Shown here piece after piece: positions 38,601 through 47,125 of a stretch of DNA of 64,000 bases; position 1 is the stretch's first letter; each line of letters opens with the position of its first letter. This DNA is from a virus. The notes below the pieces were generated by a model. That model saw only the letters and a program-made list of their open reading frames with translations, had not been told where the DNA came from and did not search any database. The translations under genes were made by a program, and so were the position numbers. Location of the stretch: IMG/VR virus record IMGVR_UViG_3300025620_000004, positions 1 to 64,000 of that record, one strand, 5' to 3'.

Positions 38601-39926
38601 GCGTATACTACATCTTTTACTACTACTTTCGGTACTAGTAAAAGCACTACTACTTCGTTTAATACTACAACTACTCGTAGTACAACGACTACGTATACCA
38701 CTGCGTTTTCTACAACTTTTAATACGTCGTTAAGTACAACTACTACATTTACTACTACATTTGGCACTACGACTACTAGGGCTACAACGACTGCGTTTAA
38801 TACTAATACTACGCTTGCTACTACAACTGCTTATACTACTACGTTTACTACTACTTTTGCAACAAGTAAAAGTACTACTACCGCGTTTACTACTACTTTT
38901 GCGACAGCTACAAGTAAAAGTACAACTACTACTTTCAATACTACGTTCGCTACAAGCAAAAGTACTGGCTGTGTGTATACTACTGCATATACTACTACAT
39001 TTGGTACCAGTAATATAACATCAAAGGCAACTACGACAGCATTCCTAACCGCTACTAGTAAAACAACTACTAGTACGTATACTACTACTTTTGCCACAAG
39101 TAAAGGTACTTCGAAAACGACCACTAGTACATATACTACTATATTTAATACTAGTAATGTAACCGATAAATCAACTACTACGGCGTTTAATACTACTACA
39201 TCTCGTTCTACTACGAAAGACACTACTACTACGTTTATAACTAGTAGAACTACTACGAATGAAACTGGTTGCACCTATACTACTACTTTCGCAACGAGCC
39301 GAGGTACAACTAAAGACACAACTACTGCATTCTCTACTGCCACATCCAGAACTACTAATTTTGATACTACAACTGTATTTGATAGTTCCAGAAGTACAAC
39401 AAAGAGCACTAGTAGCCAGTATACCACTGTCTTTAATACTAACCGAGGCACTAGCAAGTCCACTACCTCTGTATTTAATACTGCAACCAGTAGAGGCACT
39501 GATCATCAGACAAGCACCGTATATGATACAACAGGAGGAACTTCTAGAGTTACTTCGAGTGCATTTGTTACTGTATTTAATACGACTGTAACTACGGATA
39601 AAAGTACCACTACAGCATTCGATACCTCCAGAGCCACTACTAAAAGCACTACCAGTAATTATACTACTACGTTTGCTACTTCTAAGAGCACGCAAGTTAC
39701 TACAACTACTGCATTCTCTACAGTTTATAATACTACTCGTAGTACTACTACTACGCGTACAACTACTTTTGAAACGAGCAAATCGACTTCAAGAGCTACC
39801 ACTACTACGTTCGGAACAAACACAGTTGTTTATGAGCGTATCACAAGTACAGGAGTTGAGACCGAGGTTTCATCTTCTTCTGCACACAACTCACGATATT
39901 GGGATGGATCACAATGGACGGAATAA
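35700..39926 (+). CDS. 1408-aa Thr-rich self-complementary fibre protein (predicted giant beta-hairpin)
   Basis: Uninterrupted ORF; 4/6-residue units ending in F/Y/W or R/K, mirrored about residue 715; W(N/D)GS motifs near both termini. Confidence 0.9.
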   Translation: MTIKVWNGSAVQEPEQIVVKAAAGTLRFVNYVVQKVTDGSLNTVWNAIYNTSRSTDTSRSSTTTFTTTFDTSASTNINTTTGFDTIRGTTRSTSSTFTTAYDTSAVTSKSTTTAYSTTFGTTASTTTTYVSNFDTTRGTTVNTTTSFNTTFATSKDTTTAFTTTFDTATSVATTTAFTTTFETTRATAVDTTTTFTTTFATSKTTNTVFTTTFNTTTTRTTTTAYTTTFNTSKTTLRNTTTTYTTSFNTTKSTVTTFNTEFATGTSRATTTTYTTTFNTTRSTTIDTTTAYTTTFNTTRSTTIDTTTTFNTTTTRSTTTTYTTNFNTSRGTSKSTTVNTTTTFDTSRSTSKSTTTVFNTQTSRGTDRATTTTFNTSRSTSRGTSKSTTTTFLTGTSRSTTTAFVTQTSKSTSRATTSVYDTSRGTSRVTSKATTTAFATGTSRSTTTAYATSRGTSRATSRGTTTVFGTTTSRGTTTAFNTTTTFTTTRASNTVYATSRTTGTSRSTTTAFATATSRSTGESRSTTTTFNTSRGTTFGTTTVFVTATSRGTGESRGTTTSRGTATSRTTSFNTTTSFGTTTAYTTTSSFTTTFATTTAYTTTTAFTTTFSTTTAYTTTTSFTTAFGTTTAYTTTTSYTTTTTFGTTTAYTTYYTASTSRGTTTSRGTSRGTSRGTSRSTTTAFVGQTAYASLVVRTTTFTTYYNTAYTTYYYSRSHTSRGTLRATSRSTSRTTTFYQDVRHDTAKSRGTTTAFTTSYTTYWSTTFGTTTTFGTAKSRATSRSTATSRGTGESRGTGESRSTTTSRGTNRATAESRGTATSRGTSRATAESRSTATSRGTSRGTGESRSTTTSRATGTSRTTTFTTTTSFGTTTAYTTTTTFGTATSRGTTTSRTTTFGTNRSTTTAYTTTTTFNTITSKATTTAFGTTTTFDTSKSTTTTYNTNRATGTSRGTTTAFVTATSKSTTTAYTTSFTTTFGTSKSTTTSFNTTTTRSTTTTYTTAFSTTFNTSLSTTTTFTTTFGTTTTRATTTAFNTNTTLATTTAYTTTFTTTFATSKSTTTAFTTTFATATSKSTTTTFNTTFATSKSTGCVYTTAYTTTFGTSNITSKATTTAFLTATSKTTTSTYTTTFATSKGTSKTTTSTYTTIFNTSNVTDKSTTTAFNTTTSRSTTKDTTTTFITSRTTTNETGCTYTTTFATSRGTTKDTTTAFSTATSRTTNFDTTTVFDSSRSTTKSTSSQYTTVFNTNRGTSKSTTSVFNTATSRGTDHQTSTVYDTTGGTSRVTSSAFVTVFNTTVTTDKSTTTAFDTSRATTKSTTSNYTTTFATSKSTQVTTTTAFSTVYNTTRSTTTTRTTTFETSKSTSRATTTTFGTNTVVYERITSTGVETEVSSSSAHNSRYWDGSQWTE

Positions 39927-40051
39927 CCCTCAAAGAATTAAACCACAAAATAGAAACAACTTTAGAAATAGTCATGGAGCACTTCGTAGAAATGGAAGAG
40001 CGAATGGAAGATTTAGAGACTCAGCTTGAGGAATTACAGGATGGGGCTTAA
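39914..40051 (+). CDS. 45-aa acidic coiled-coil protein (absent from ORF track)
   Basis: MDGITLKELNHKIETTLEIVMEHFVEMEERMEDLETQLEELQDGA; overlaps both neighbours by 11-13 nt. Confidence 0.7.
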   Translation: MDGITLKELNHKIETTLEIVMEHFVEMEERMEDLETQLEELQDGA

Positions 40052-40913
40052 AAGACTAGCAGATAAAGATGAGCTAGGAAATAAGGCAGCACACTTCTTT
40101 AAGTCTGGTAATATAATGCGTACAGACGAAAACGATGAAGTTACAAAACTGAAAGAGCTGCTTCCTGCCCGAGGAAACTGGGGAACACCTTTAGAATACG
40201 ATGTCTGGTACGATATTGCGGAAGAAGAAATTGCTGGGTATACGTACACCGATTGTTTTTCTAAATGTATAATGATACGTGTCGCGTCTTACGAGAAAGC
40301 AAATCGTACAATGAGACTAGCAGCCAAAGAGCCTATAAGCGAAGAAGGTTTAGCTATTTTTAACGAACTCCGTGATAATAGTCACGATAAGTATAAACTT
40401 AGCAAAAGAAAACAAAAGCAGCATAAGTTTGTAATCTTTCTCCCAGGTACTAATATCATAGACAAAGTTTTAAATTACGATAAAGCTAAAAGGGCAGTGG
40501 CACAAGGTGCTGTACTAAAATGCCATCCTTTAACAGCTCCCGGAATGGTAGCATATCTCAAATCAGAGTTTGGTAGAGAGAATGTTATAGACAAGAAACT
40601 GTCTGGCCATAAACTTCTGGATGAGGCTGATATTGTAGGTTGTTGTAGCAACTCTGAAATGGGCTTGCTTGCAATTGCGAAAGGGAAAACAGTATACACT
40701 TTTGACTCAAAACCTGATTTACAGACTACTTACGGAGCAATCTACAGAGCAATCTGGGGTAAGGATGATATGCCTAGCGTGAATAGATTTAAGAGATTAC
40801 TTTCCTCAAAGTATTCCGGTATCATTCCTTACTTTATAGACAACCCGCAAGAAAGAATAAACTATTATTTTAATTTTTGGAAAGCAAACCCCCATGCAAT
40901 ACCTCGTAATTGA
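40041..40913 (+). CDS. GT-B glycosyltransferase-like protein (KpsS/KpsC capsule-synthesis-like)
   Basis: VLKCHP, SGHKLLDEADIVGCCSNSEMGLLAIAKGKTV resembling KxHP and LL..A..V...NSxxGxxA...GK.V of that family. Confidence 0.6.
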   Translation: MGLKRLADKDELGNKAAHFFKSGNIMRTDENDEVTKLKELLPARGNWGTPLEYDVWYDIAEEEIAGYTYTDCFSKCIMIRVASYEKANRTMRLAAKEPISEEGLAIFNELRDNSHDKYKLSKRKQKQHKFVIFLPGTNIIDKVLNYDKAKRAVAQGAVLKCHPLTAPGMVAYLKSEFGRENVIDKKLSGHKLLDEADIVGCCSNSEMGLLAIAKGKTVYTFDSKPDLQTTYGAIYRAIWGKDDMPSVNRFKRLLSSKYSGIIPYFIDNPQERINYYFNFWKANPHAIPRN

Positions 40914-41601
40914 AAATGAGTTTACAGCCCTTACTGTAAACTCTATAAAACAAAACATGCCTGATGCAAAATACGTGACTGCCCCTATGGGAGAGGGCAG
41001 GATTCAGACAGCTTTAAAACTGTGCACAGAGCCTACTATGGTAGTTACAGGCGGTATTATACTCAATATAAAAGAAGGAGATTTACCAGACCCTAAAGTG
41101 CTGGAAACTAAACACTTGGCAATGAGTAGAGAAGCAGTTTTTGCAGATCACCCTAGATGGAACCGGAACTATGAACTCATAAAAAGTCGTTTGCATGACG
41201 GAGTTGTGGATATGTCTATTTTTATTATTAACCCTGTAAAATGGAAAAAGATACCTAAAAAAGATATTAATTTTTTACTTGGAAAAAAGATATTGTATAT
41301 GCCAAGATATATGAATCATAGAGATGATCCAACACTAGGAACTTGTATGGGTGGAAAAGATATACTGGCATATGCGTCTTTGGGAGAGGACGCCTCTGTG
41401 CATAACTATCTTACTCACCTATACTCAGGAAAAGCTAGTGTAAGAGAGACGTTTGGATGTTGTTTTGATAAGCTACTACCCTATACGGAAGGTTTAGACG
41501 AAAGAGAAAAAGAGATAGTAGAAAAACTAGGTAATCTTACAAAGGTAAGGGTAGGAAAGTTAAGGCAGATGATGATAGACAGAAAAAAAGCCCCTGATTA
41601 A
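40894..41601 (+). CDS. GT-A/GT8-like glycosyltransferase-like protein (degenerate)
   Basis: TVNSIKQNMP, MSIFIINPVKWK (cf. NxGV..INL.KW), LYMPRYMN, SVHNY; no clear DxD. Confidence 0.45.
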   Translation: MQYLVIENEFTALTVNSIKQNMPDAKYVTAPMGEGRIQTALKLCTEPTMVVTGGIILNIKEGDLPDPKVLETKHLAMSREAVFADHPRWNRNYELIKSRLHDGVVDMSIFIINPVKWKKIPKKDINFLLGKKILYMPRYMNHRDDPTLGTCMGGKDILAYASLGEDASVHNYLTHLYSGKASVRETFGCCFDKLLPYTEGLDEREKEIVEKLGNLTKVRVGKLRQMMIDRKKAPD

Positions 41602-41613
41602 AGGGGCTTTCTT
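41588..41613. terminator. bidirectional terminator between converging late and early blocks
   Basis: AAAGCCCCT-GATTA-AGGGGCTTT with flanking A- and T-tracts. Confidence 0.8.
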
Positions 41614-41615
41614 CG

Positions 41616-42092
41616 TTATGGATGTACTGGAAAAGTAATCTGTGCTTGTAGCATTTCTGCTATGCTTTCCACCTGCTCTTCCGTTGCCCAGACAATACCT
41701 AAATTGAACTGAATAACTCCAGGTTTGATACCTGCTTTAGTACACATATTCTCAAAAGCTAAGGCATACTTGCACACTGCCTCTGGAAACTCGTCAACTA
41801 GATTAATTTCTTCTATATTGACTCTTATGTCCATTAGACCTTCTCTTTTGAAAGTCTGTATTTCTGGACAATCTTCGTTAATATACAGTGCATCTTTCTT
41901 TGCATCTGCTCTATTAAACTCAGAGTTACCAAAGTTAGGGAAAGATAGTGAAATGTCTGGAAACCAGATATTACTACCAAAACTCTCTACTCTATCATTT
42001 TGCTCCACGTTATTTCTGGCAAGATCATCAAGCATACCTAAGTAGCTTAACTCACTACCAAAACGAGGGTCTTGTTCTTGTTGTTCACTCAT
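41616..42092 (-). CDS. hypothetical protein
   Basis: 158-aa acidic ORF with AAGGA RBS after nrdJ. Confidence 0.7.
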   Translation of the reverse strand: MSEQQEQDPRFGSELSYLGMLDDLARNNVEQNDRVESFGSNIWFPDISLSFPNFGNSEFNRADAKKDALYINEDCPEIQTFKREGLMDIRVNIEEINLVDEFPEAVCKYALAFENMCTKAGIKPGVIQFNLGIVWATEEQVESIAEMLQAQITFPVHP

Positions 42093-42103
42093 TTTTATAT
42101 TCC

Positions 42104-43984
42104 TTATACGATCTCACAAGCACCGCCAACACAGGCGAGTTCTTGAGATCCAGTTGTGTTATCTTCTTTCTCAAACTGAGCTAAATCTTCCCAGTTTACA
42201 TTTTGTGGCATAGCCGCCACAAGCTTTTGGTACTCTTCTTCATTTATATCTTCGTATGGAGCTTGCTGATAAGTGTGATCACTTGTCGGAAGCAAACTAA
42301 TACCAGAACATAGATCAAAATTATCCCAAATCCACTGTGATACTTGCAAGTATTCACTATCAGTATAGTATACAGTCACACTCGGTTTGTGCTCACACCA
42401 GTGATTCTGATAAGCTTTCCATAACCTTAGCTGATGCATTGCACCTACGTCTCGTACACAAGTACTTGCTTCTGGAGACTTAACAGGAAAGCTAAAGACT
42501 ACAGAAGTAGGAGACATTACATCTTGTTCCATGGGAAACCCTGCTTGTTCCATATAGAGAGCAAGTGGGTCTTTTTTGTCTGAACGTACTCTCCGAATGT
42601 AATGCTTAGAGAAGCGAGGATGTATACCGGAAGCACTATCAACAAGCTGAGACACAGTACCAGATGGCTTAACACACGTAATAGCGACAGACTGATTAAC
42701 ACCAAGCCTTTCAGCCCATTCTTTATTTGTTTCAATACTAACATCTCTCATCTCCTCTAGCCATTCTGGCAGTATGTCTGAGTCAGGGTTTCCTAGGACT
42801 GCATGATCCATGATACCTGTTAGACTTACTCCCAACAATGCTTCTTCTTCAGTGTTACGCTTCCAACGCACTCGCAGATATCTAAAGTCTGTTAAAGTAG
42901 ACTGTAGTGTACCAATGATTGTTGCTTTGCGTACTTTTTCTTTTAATGTTTCTAACGTGTCGTCTGCTCGTACAACTACTTCTGACAAGTTACAAAACTC
43001 GTTGCTTCGTAGAATAATCTCGGAACAAGGGTTAGTACCAAAATCATGCTCAGGGTCACGACGACCATTACGACCTGCAATTTTCTGTGCCGCTACGCGA
43101 CTGAACAACCCACGCTCACCAGATTTAGACTCATATAGATTCTTCATCTCGGTCAAGAACGCTTCGAAGTCAGGCTTTTCTGTATATGCTACAGAATTGT
43201 TTGCAAGCCTACGCTGGCCTTGGTCAATCCACCACTGACCTGATTTAGCTTTTGACATACGCTGATCTGAAAGATTAGAAAGACTAATCAAAGCTGACCT
43301 ACGAACGCCACCAACTACTACAATATCAGCAATCTTACAGCAGACATCATGACACTCAATACTTGTAAGTTTACGTCCCTTTGCTTTCTGGAATATTTCT
43401 ACACAGAAACGGAACAAGTCTTGCAAAGGCTCTGGGCCACTTGCTCTACCACCAAAAGTTTTAAGTCTAGCACCTGCTGGACGTACTCGGCTCATATCCC
43501 ACTGAGGTAATTTACCTGCATAAAGCATGGCAATCAACTCACGAAAGGCACTCGCCCATCCTAGCTTACTATCGCTTACTACGATTGTAGAACTTGTTTT
43601 GTGGAATGTTTCTGCTACTTCTGGTAGCTTATTGATGAAGTTACGTTCTACACTAAAGCCTACGCCTGTGCCACACATCAATACATACATCAGCTCGTCA
43701 AAAGCTCGTGGATGGTCGATATGCAAATAGCTACAGTTAAAGCCTGCTACGTTATCACGTTTCAACGCTTCACCTGCTGTCATCATACAACGCATAGAAG
43801 GCATAACTTCTAAAGCATTAATGGCATTCCAGATTTCTTGACCACTTTCGTCGTCTAACTGTTCTCTTTCTTTAAAGAAATCAACATAGCGACTACAGGT
43901 TTCATCCCATGTTTCTCTGCGGCCTTCGTCCTCTAGCCATCGTGCGTATCTGCTTTTATGAATAAAACTTTGATACTGATCCAT
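42104..43984 (-). CDS. nrdJ: class II (B12-dependent) ribonucleotide reductase, monomeric RTPR-type
   Basis: FNCSY, GTGVGFS, VVVGGVRRSA, GTNPCSEI, CNLSE, TCVKPSGT, C-terminal CVGGAC; no beta-subunit gene nearby. Confidence 0.93.
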   Translation of the reverse strand: MDQYQSFIHKSRYARWLEDEGRRETWDETCSRYVDFFKEREQLDDESGQEIWNAINALEVMPSMRCMMTAGEALKRDNVAGFNCSYLHIDHPRAFDELMYVLMCGTGVGFSVERNFINKLPEVAETFHKTSSTIVVSDSKLGWASAFRELIAMLYAGKLPQWDMSRVRPAGARLKTFGGRASGPEPLQDLFRFCVEIFQKAKGRKLTSIECHDVCCKIADIVVVGGVRRSALISLSNLSDQRMSKAKSGQWWIDQGQRRLANNSVAYTEKPDFEAFLTEMKNLYESKSGERGLFSRVAAQKIAGRNGRRDPEHDFGTNPCSEIILRSNEFCNLSEVVVRADDTLETLKEKVRKATIIGTLQSTLTDFRYLRVRWKRNTEEEALLGVSLTGIMDHAVLGNPDSDILPEWLEEMRDVSIETNKEWAERLGVNQSVAITCVKPSGTVSQLVDSASGIHPRFSKHYIRRVRSDKKDPLALYMEQAGFPMEQDVMSPTSVVFSFPVKSPEASTCVRDVGAMHQLRLWKAYQNHWCEHKPSVTVYYTDSEYLQVSQWIWDNFDLCSGISLLPTSDHTYQQAPYEDINEEEYQKLVAAMPQNVNWEDLAQFEKEDNTTGSQELACVGGACEIV

Positions 43985-44805
43985 TATACCATTCTCTCCT
44001 CAATATTGGACACATTGTCCTTGCCTATTGCGTCATCGCAATATGTTACTAAATCCATCAACTCATAGTTCTTTAGCAGTACTTCTGCGTTTTCATTCAA
44101 TTCTTGTATGTACTTGTATTTGCCCTCGATGGGTATACAATCATAAATTGACATGGCATCGCCATACTGTTCTATAAGTTGTTGTGCTCTTTTCGGCCCT
44201 ATGCCGTTGATTCCTGGGACATTATCACCTTTATCTCCTGTTAAACACTTGAAAGAGATATACTCTTCTGGTTTAACTTCGTAGTGCTCATGCCAGTTAT
44301 CTATTGTTACCTCTTTTCGAGTAACGTAAGAAAATCTACTTACACCGTCCTGAATCAATAAGTCCCAGTCTCGGTCACTAGATACCAGCCAGATATTTTC
44401 TAATCCGTACTGTTTTCTTTGCTTTACAAGGTGGGCAGCAAGATCATCTGCCTCTACACCTTTGTAGCGAAGAACGTCATAGCTTTCTGACAGTAATTCT
44501 AGTGTTTCTTCGTACTCTTCAAAGAAGTCAATAAATGCTTGCTTCTCTGCTTCAGTTTGTTCAGCATACTTATCTTTTCGATTCTGCTTGTACTCTGGTA
44601 ATATCTCTTTTCTATAACTAGATGATCCCCAATCTGCGGTAATAATAACCTTACCACAATTGTAAGATGTTGCTAGAGATCTTACTGTTTCTACATACTG
44701 ATGTCTAAAATCTGTTCTGCCTTGATGCTTCCACCGAAAAGCTAAGTTTAGTGCATCTACTATGAGTACACCATCTTGGTTGCGTTCGTTAAAATTAAAA
44801 GCCAC
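43984..44805 (-). CDS. 5'-3' flap exonuclease (T5 D15-like)
   Basis: IVDALNLAFR, YKQNR, GVEADD, SSDRDW, GDKGDNVPGINGIGPKRA. Confidence 0.95.
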   Translation of the reverse strand: MAFNFNERNQDGVLIVDALNLAFRWKHQGRTDFRHQYVETVRSLATSYNCGKVIITADWGSSSYRKEILPEYKQNRKDKYAEQTEAEKQAFIDFFEEYEETLELLSESYDVLRYKGVEADDLAAHLVKQRKQYGLENIWLVSSDRDWDLLIQDGVSRFSYVTRKEVTIDNWHEHYEVKPEEYISFKCLTGDKGDNVPGINGIGPKRAQQLIEQYGDAMSIYDCIPIEGKYKYIQELNENAEVLLKNYELMDLVTYCDDAIGKDNVSNIEERMV

Positions 44806-45241
44806 CTATCCACTCCGTCTTTTCTGTTTTTAACCAATCATCTGCTAGTAGTACATAACAATTCAAAAAACGAATATACAGATACTCATCTGTGCCTTCT
44901 GGTTTGTTTTCTGTTACTACAAATACTTTAGATCGGTCATATTTAAAGAATAACAAGGGCTTTTGATCGCCACCTGCTGCTTGTATTACAATCTTCTTCC
45001 ACCATCTGATAATGTTATTTGTTTTCGGTTGTGTGAATATCTTATCAGTCAGCGGTGAGTCTTTATAATTTTTTACCTCTATACAATAATGATTTCTCTG
45101 ATTAGGGACATATAAGTCCCCTTTCAGATATTCAAGAGCACCCGAGGCAGGCACTCTCTCAAATTTCAGTCCGGTCGCTTCCCTCAGCATGTCCCTCACC
45201 AGGTACTCGCCTCTCGCTCCCTTCGCTCTCGAATCTACCAT
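44795..45241 (-). CDS. T5 D14-like PD-(D/E)xK endonuclease / Holliday junction resolvase
   Basis: SRAKGARGE, RVPASGA, KGDL, IEVKNY. Confidence 0.88.
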   Translation of the reverse strand: MVDSRAKGARGEYLVRDMLREATGLKFERVPASGALEYLKGDLYVPNQRNHYCIEVKNYKDSPLTDKIFTQPKTNNIIRWWKKIVIQAAGGDQKPLLFFKYDRSKVFVVTENKPEGTDEYLYIRFLNCYVLLADDWLKTEKTEWIGGF

Positions 45242-45332
45242 CTTCGTCCTCTTCGTTCTTCTTGGGATCTGATCTTACTTGTTCCCAGTGATTTTGTTGT
45301 GCCCACCACATTCTTCGTCTACCTGCGCTCAT
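45159..45332 (-). CDS. possible 57-aa protein between D13 and D14
   Basis: MSAGRRRMWWAQQNHW... starts 2 nt after the D13 stop with GGAG upstream; overlaps the D14 5' end. Confidence 0.4.
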   Translation of the reverse strand: MSAGRRRMWWAQQNHWEQVRSDPKKNEEDEDGRFESEGSERRVPGEGHAEGSDRTEI

Positions 45333-45334
45333 CC

Positions 45335-47125
45335 TTACTCCAATACGCTAGTGTTTCCATCCTTGACTACTTCGATCTTCTCTAACAGTGGGTGAGACCA
45401 ACCATGAGAAACTAGATAAGTATTCATATCTTCTCGTAGTAGAACTTCTACTATGCGCTCCTTTCCGGCATCATCAAGAACACTAATAACTTCATCTAAA
45501 AACAATACATTGATTTTAGACTTCGATATACTACTCATTAATCTACGAATAGCTATCAAAGTAGCAGTATTTACTCTCGCCAACTCGCCAGATGAAAGTG
45601 CTAGAATATCTACTACATTACCATTATCAGTAATTTCTACATTTAATTTATCGTTTGATACGACAAACTCTAGTGTAAACCTGCCGTCAGAGAGTTCAGC
45701 CAAGTACTCATTTGCTAACTCTTCGAGTTCTCCGACTAAGTTTTCAATCTTGTATGCAAGTAAACCATTTGTACTAAAAGACTTTTTCAGAATGTCAAGT
45801 TCTGTTTCTAGTTTTTGGTTGCCTGCTAGTTTGCCATCGTATTCTTCTTGCTGTTCAACGAACTCTGCTGTCTGCTCTTGTATTACTTGAATACGAGTAT
45901 TGAGTCTTGTTCGTCTTTCATTCTCTGCTGCATTTTCTGCCAATTGGGTTCTGGCTTCGGATAATACGCTCTTTAGTTCCGCGATTTTTGAATCTACTTC
46001 AGACTCCTCCAGTATAGCACTTGGCAGAGATTTGTCGTACGAGCGATATAAGTCTTCCCAATTCTTTCGGTCTTTCTCATTCTGCTCAAAGATTGCATTG
46101 TTTGCTTTAATCTCATGAATTTGAGGACGAATCTTCATAGCTCTGCCATGAGCTTCATCACGCTTCACACGCTCCACTCCAATCATTGCTTTCTCGGAAG
46201 AAACATCAATAGGTTGCTTACAAGTGGGACACTCATCAGAAATTTTCTCTAATCTGTCCAGAGTCCGTTGAGCACCCGTAGCGACTGCTTGTAAAGACCC
46301 TAACTCTTCTTGTAAATCATCGTAAGATTGCCAAGAAATTGTACTAGAAGAAATAGCACCGATGTCTATCTTGTCCAGCATTGTTTTATATTCATTATTC
46401 TCTCGAATTTTTTTATTTTTTTCAGAGATATTTTCCTTCTCTGTCATCCAATAACGTAAAGACTCTTCATCTTTGGATGTATTAATTTCTAAATCGAGCA
46501 TGGGTAGTATGTTGGTATCACTCAATTTATTTGTTTCTAACCATTTTTCTACTGTTGCAAGTTTCCCCGCTATTGTAGATGACGTATTCGATACCTCTCT
46601 AGAAGCAGATTTGAATATTTCAAATAACTCAACATACTTTTCTAGGTGCAGAAGATCAATAAGAAACTTCTTACGATTCGCATCTGTAGCAGTTAGAAAC
46701 TGTAAACTCGCATTAGTATTTTGATATACTAACTGCGAAAAGGTTTTAAAGTCAACTCCGAGAATCTCTTGTAGAGTCTTGTACGTATTCGTAGCTGTGT
46801 GGCTAGATATATCTGTACCATTCTTTTCAAGTTTAACTTTTATATTTGTTTTGCGATTAACGGTGATCTGATAACTATCTTCATCTTTCGTAAAAGACAA
46901 AGAGATGTTATAACCATCATTCACATAACGATTAGGAATGTCTGCTTTTTTGATACCCTTAGAGTTCTTGTTATACAGTGCTTCCTCAATGATTAACGGG
47001 ATGGAGGACTTCCCCATCCCGTTAGTACCAAGGATTTGTGTAACAGTGTTATCGTCTAATTGTAACTCATTACCAGAACCATAACTAAAGCAGTTATCCC
47101 ATCTCAATGTTTGTAGTGTAATCAT
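45335..47125 (-). CDS. SbcC/Rad50-like recombination ATPase (T5 D13)
   Basis: Walker A GTNGMGKS, CPTC zinc hook, LSSGE signature, LFLDE. Confidence 0.93.
   Translation of the reverse strand: MITLQTLRWDNCFSYGSGNELQLDDNTVTQILGTNGMGKSSIPLIIEEALYNKNSKGIKKADIPNRYVNDGYNISLSFTKDEDSYQITVNRKTNIKVKLEKNGTDISSHTATNTYKTLQEILGVDFKTFSQLVYQNTNASLQFLTATDANRKKFLIDLLHLEKYVELFEIFKSASREVSNTSSTIAGKLATVEKWLETNKLSDTNILPMLDLEINTSKDEESLRYWMTEKENISEKNKKIRENNEYKTMLDKIDIGAISSSTISWQSYDDLQEELGSLQAVATGAQRTLDRLEKISDECPTCKQPIDVSSEKAMIGVERVKRDEAHGRAMKIRPQIHEIKANNAIFEQNEKDRKNWEDLYRSYDKSLPSAILEESEVDSKIAELKSVLSEARTQLAENAAENERRTRLNTRIQVIQEQTAEFVEQQEEYDGKLAGNQKLETELDILKKSFSTNGLLAYKIENLVGELEELANEYLAELSDGRFTLEFVVSNDKLNVEITDNGNVVDILALSSGELARVNTATLIAIRRLMSSISKSKINVLFLDEVISVLDDAGKERIVEVLLREDMNTYLVSHGWSHPLLEKIEVVKDGNTSVLE

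Noticed and set aside
35836-39695. Many long Val-rich (antisense) and Leu-rich (alternate frame) ORFs overlapping the Thr-rich gene
   Set aside because: Expected by-products of runs of ACN codons (antisense GTA/GTT, shifted CTA); no RBS or independent signal.
35700-39926. DNA-level inverted repeat or RNA hairpin as the cause of the protein mirror symmetry
   Set aside because: Both arms are ACN-rich on the same strand; a DNA palindrome would make the second arm Val/Ser-rich. The symmetry exists only at amino-acid level.
35700-39926. Ice-binding (TxT beta-solenoid) or simple disordered mucin interpretation
   Set aside because: Solenoids need a constant repeat length and mucins are Pro-rich; here the repeat region lacks Pro, spacing is aperiodic 4/6, and neither model explains the long-range mirror. 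Ice binding as a secondary property is not excluded.
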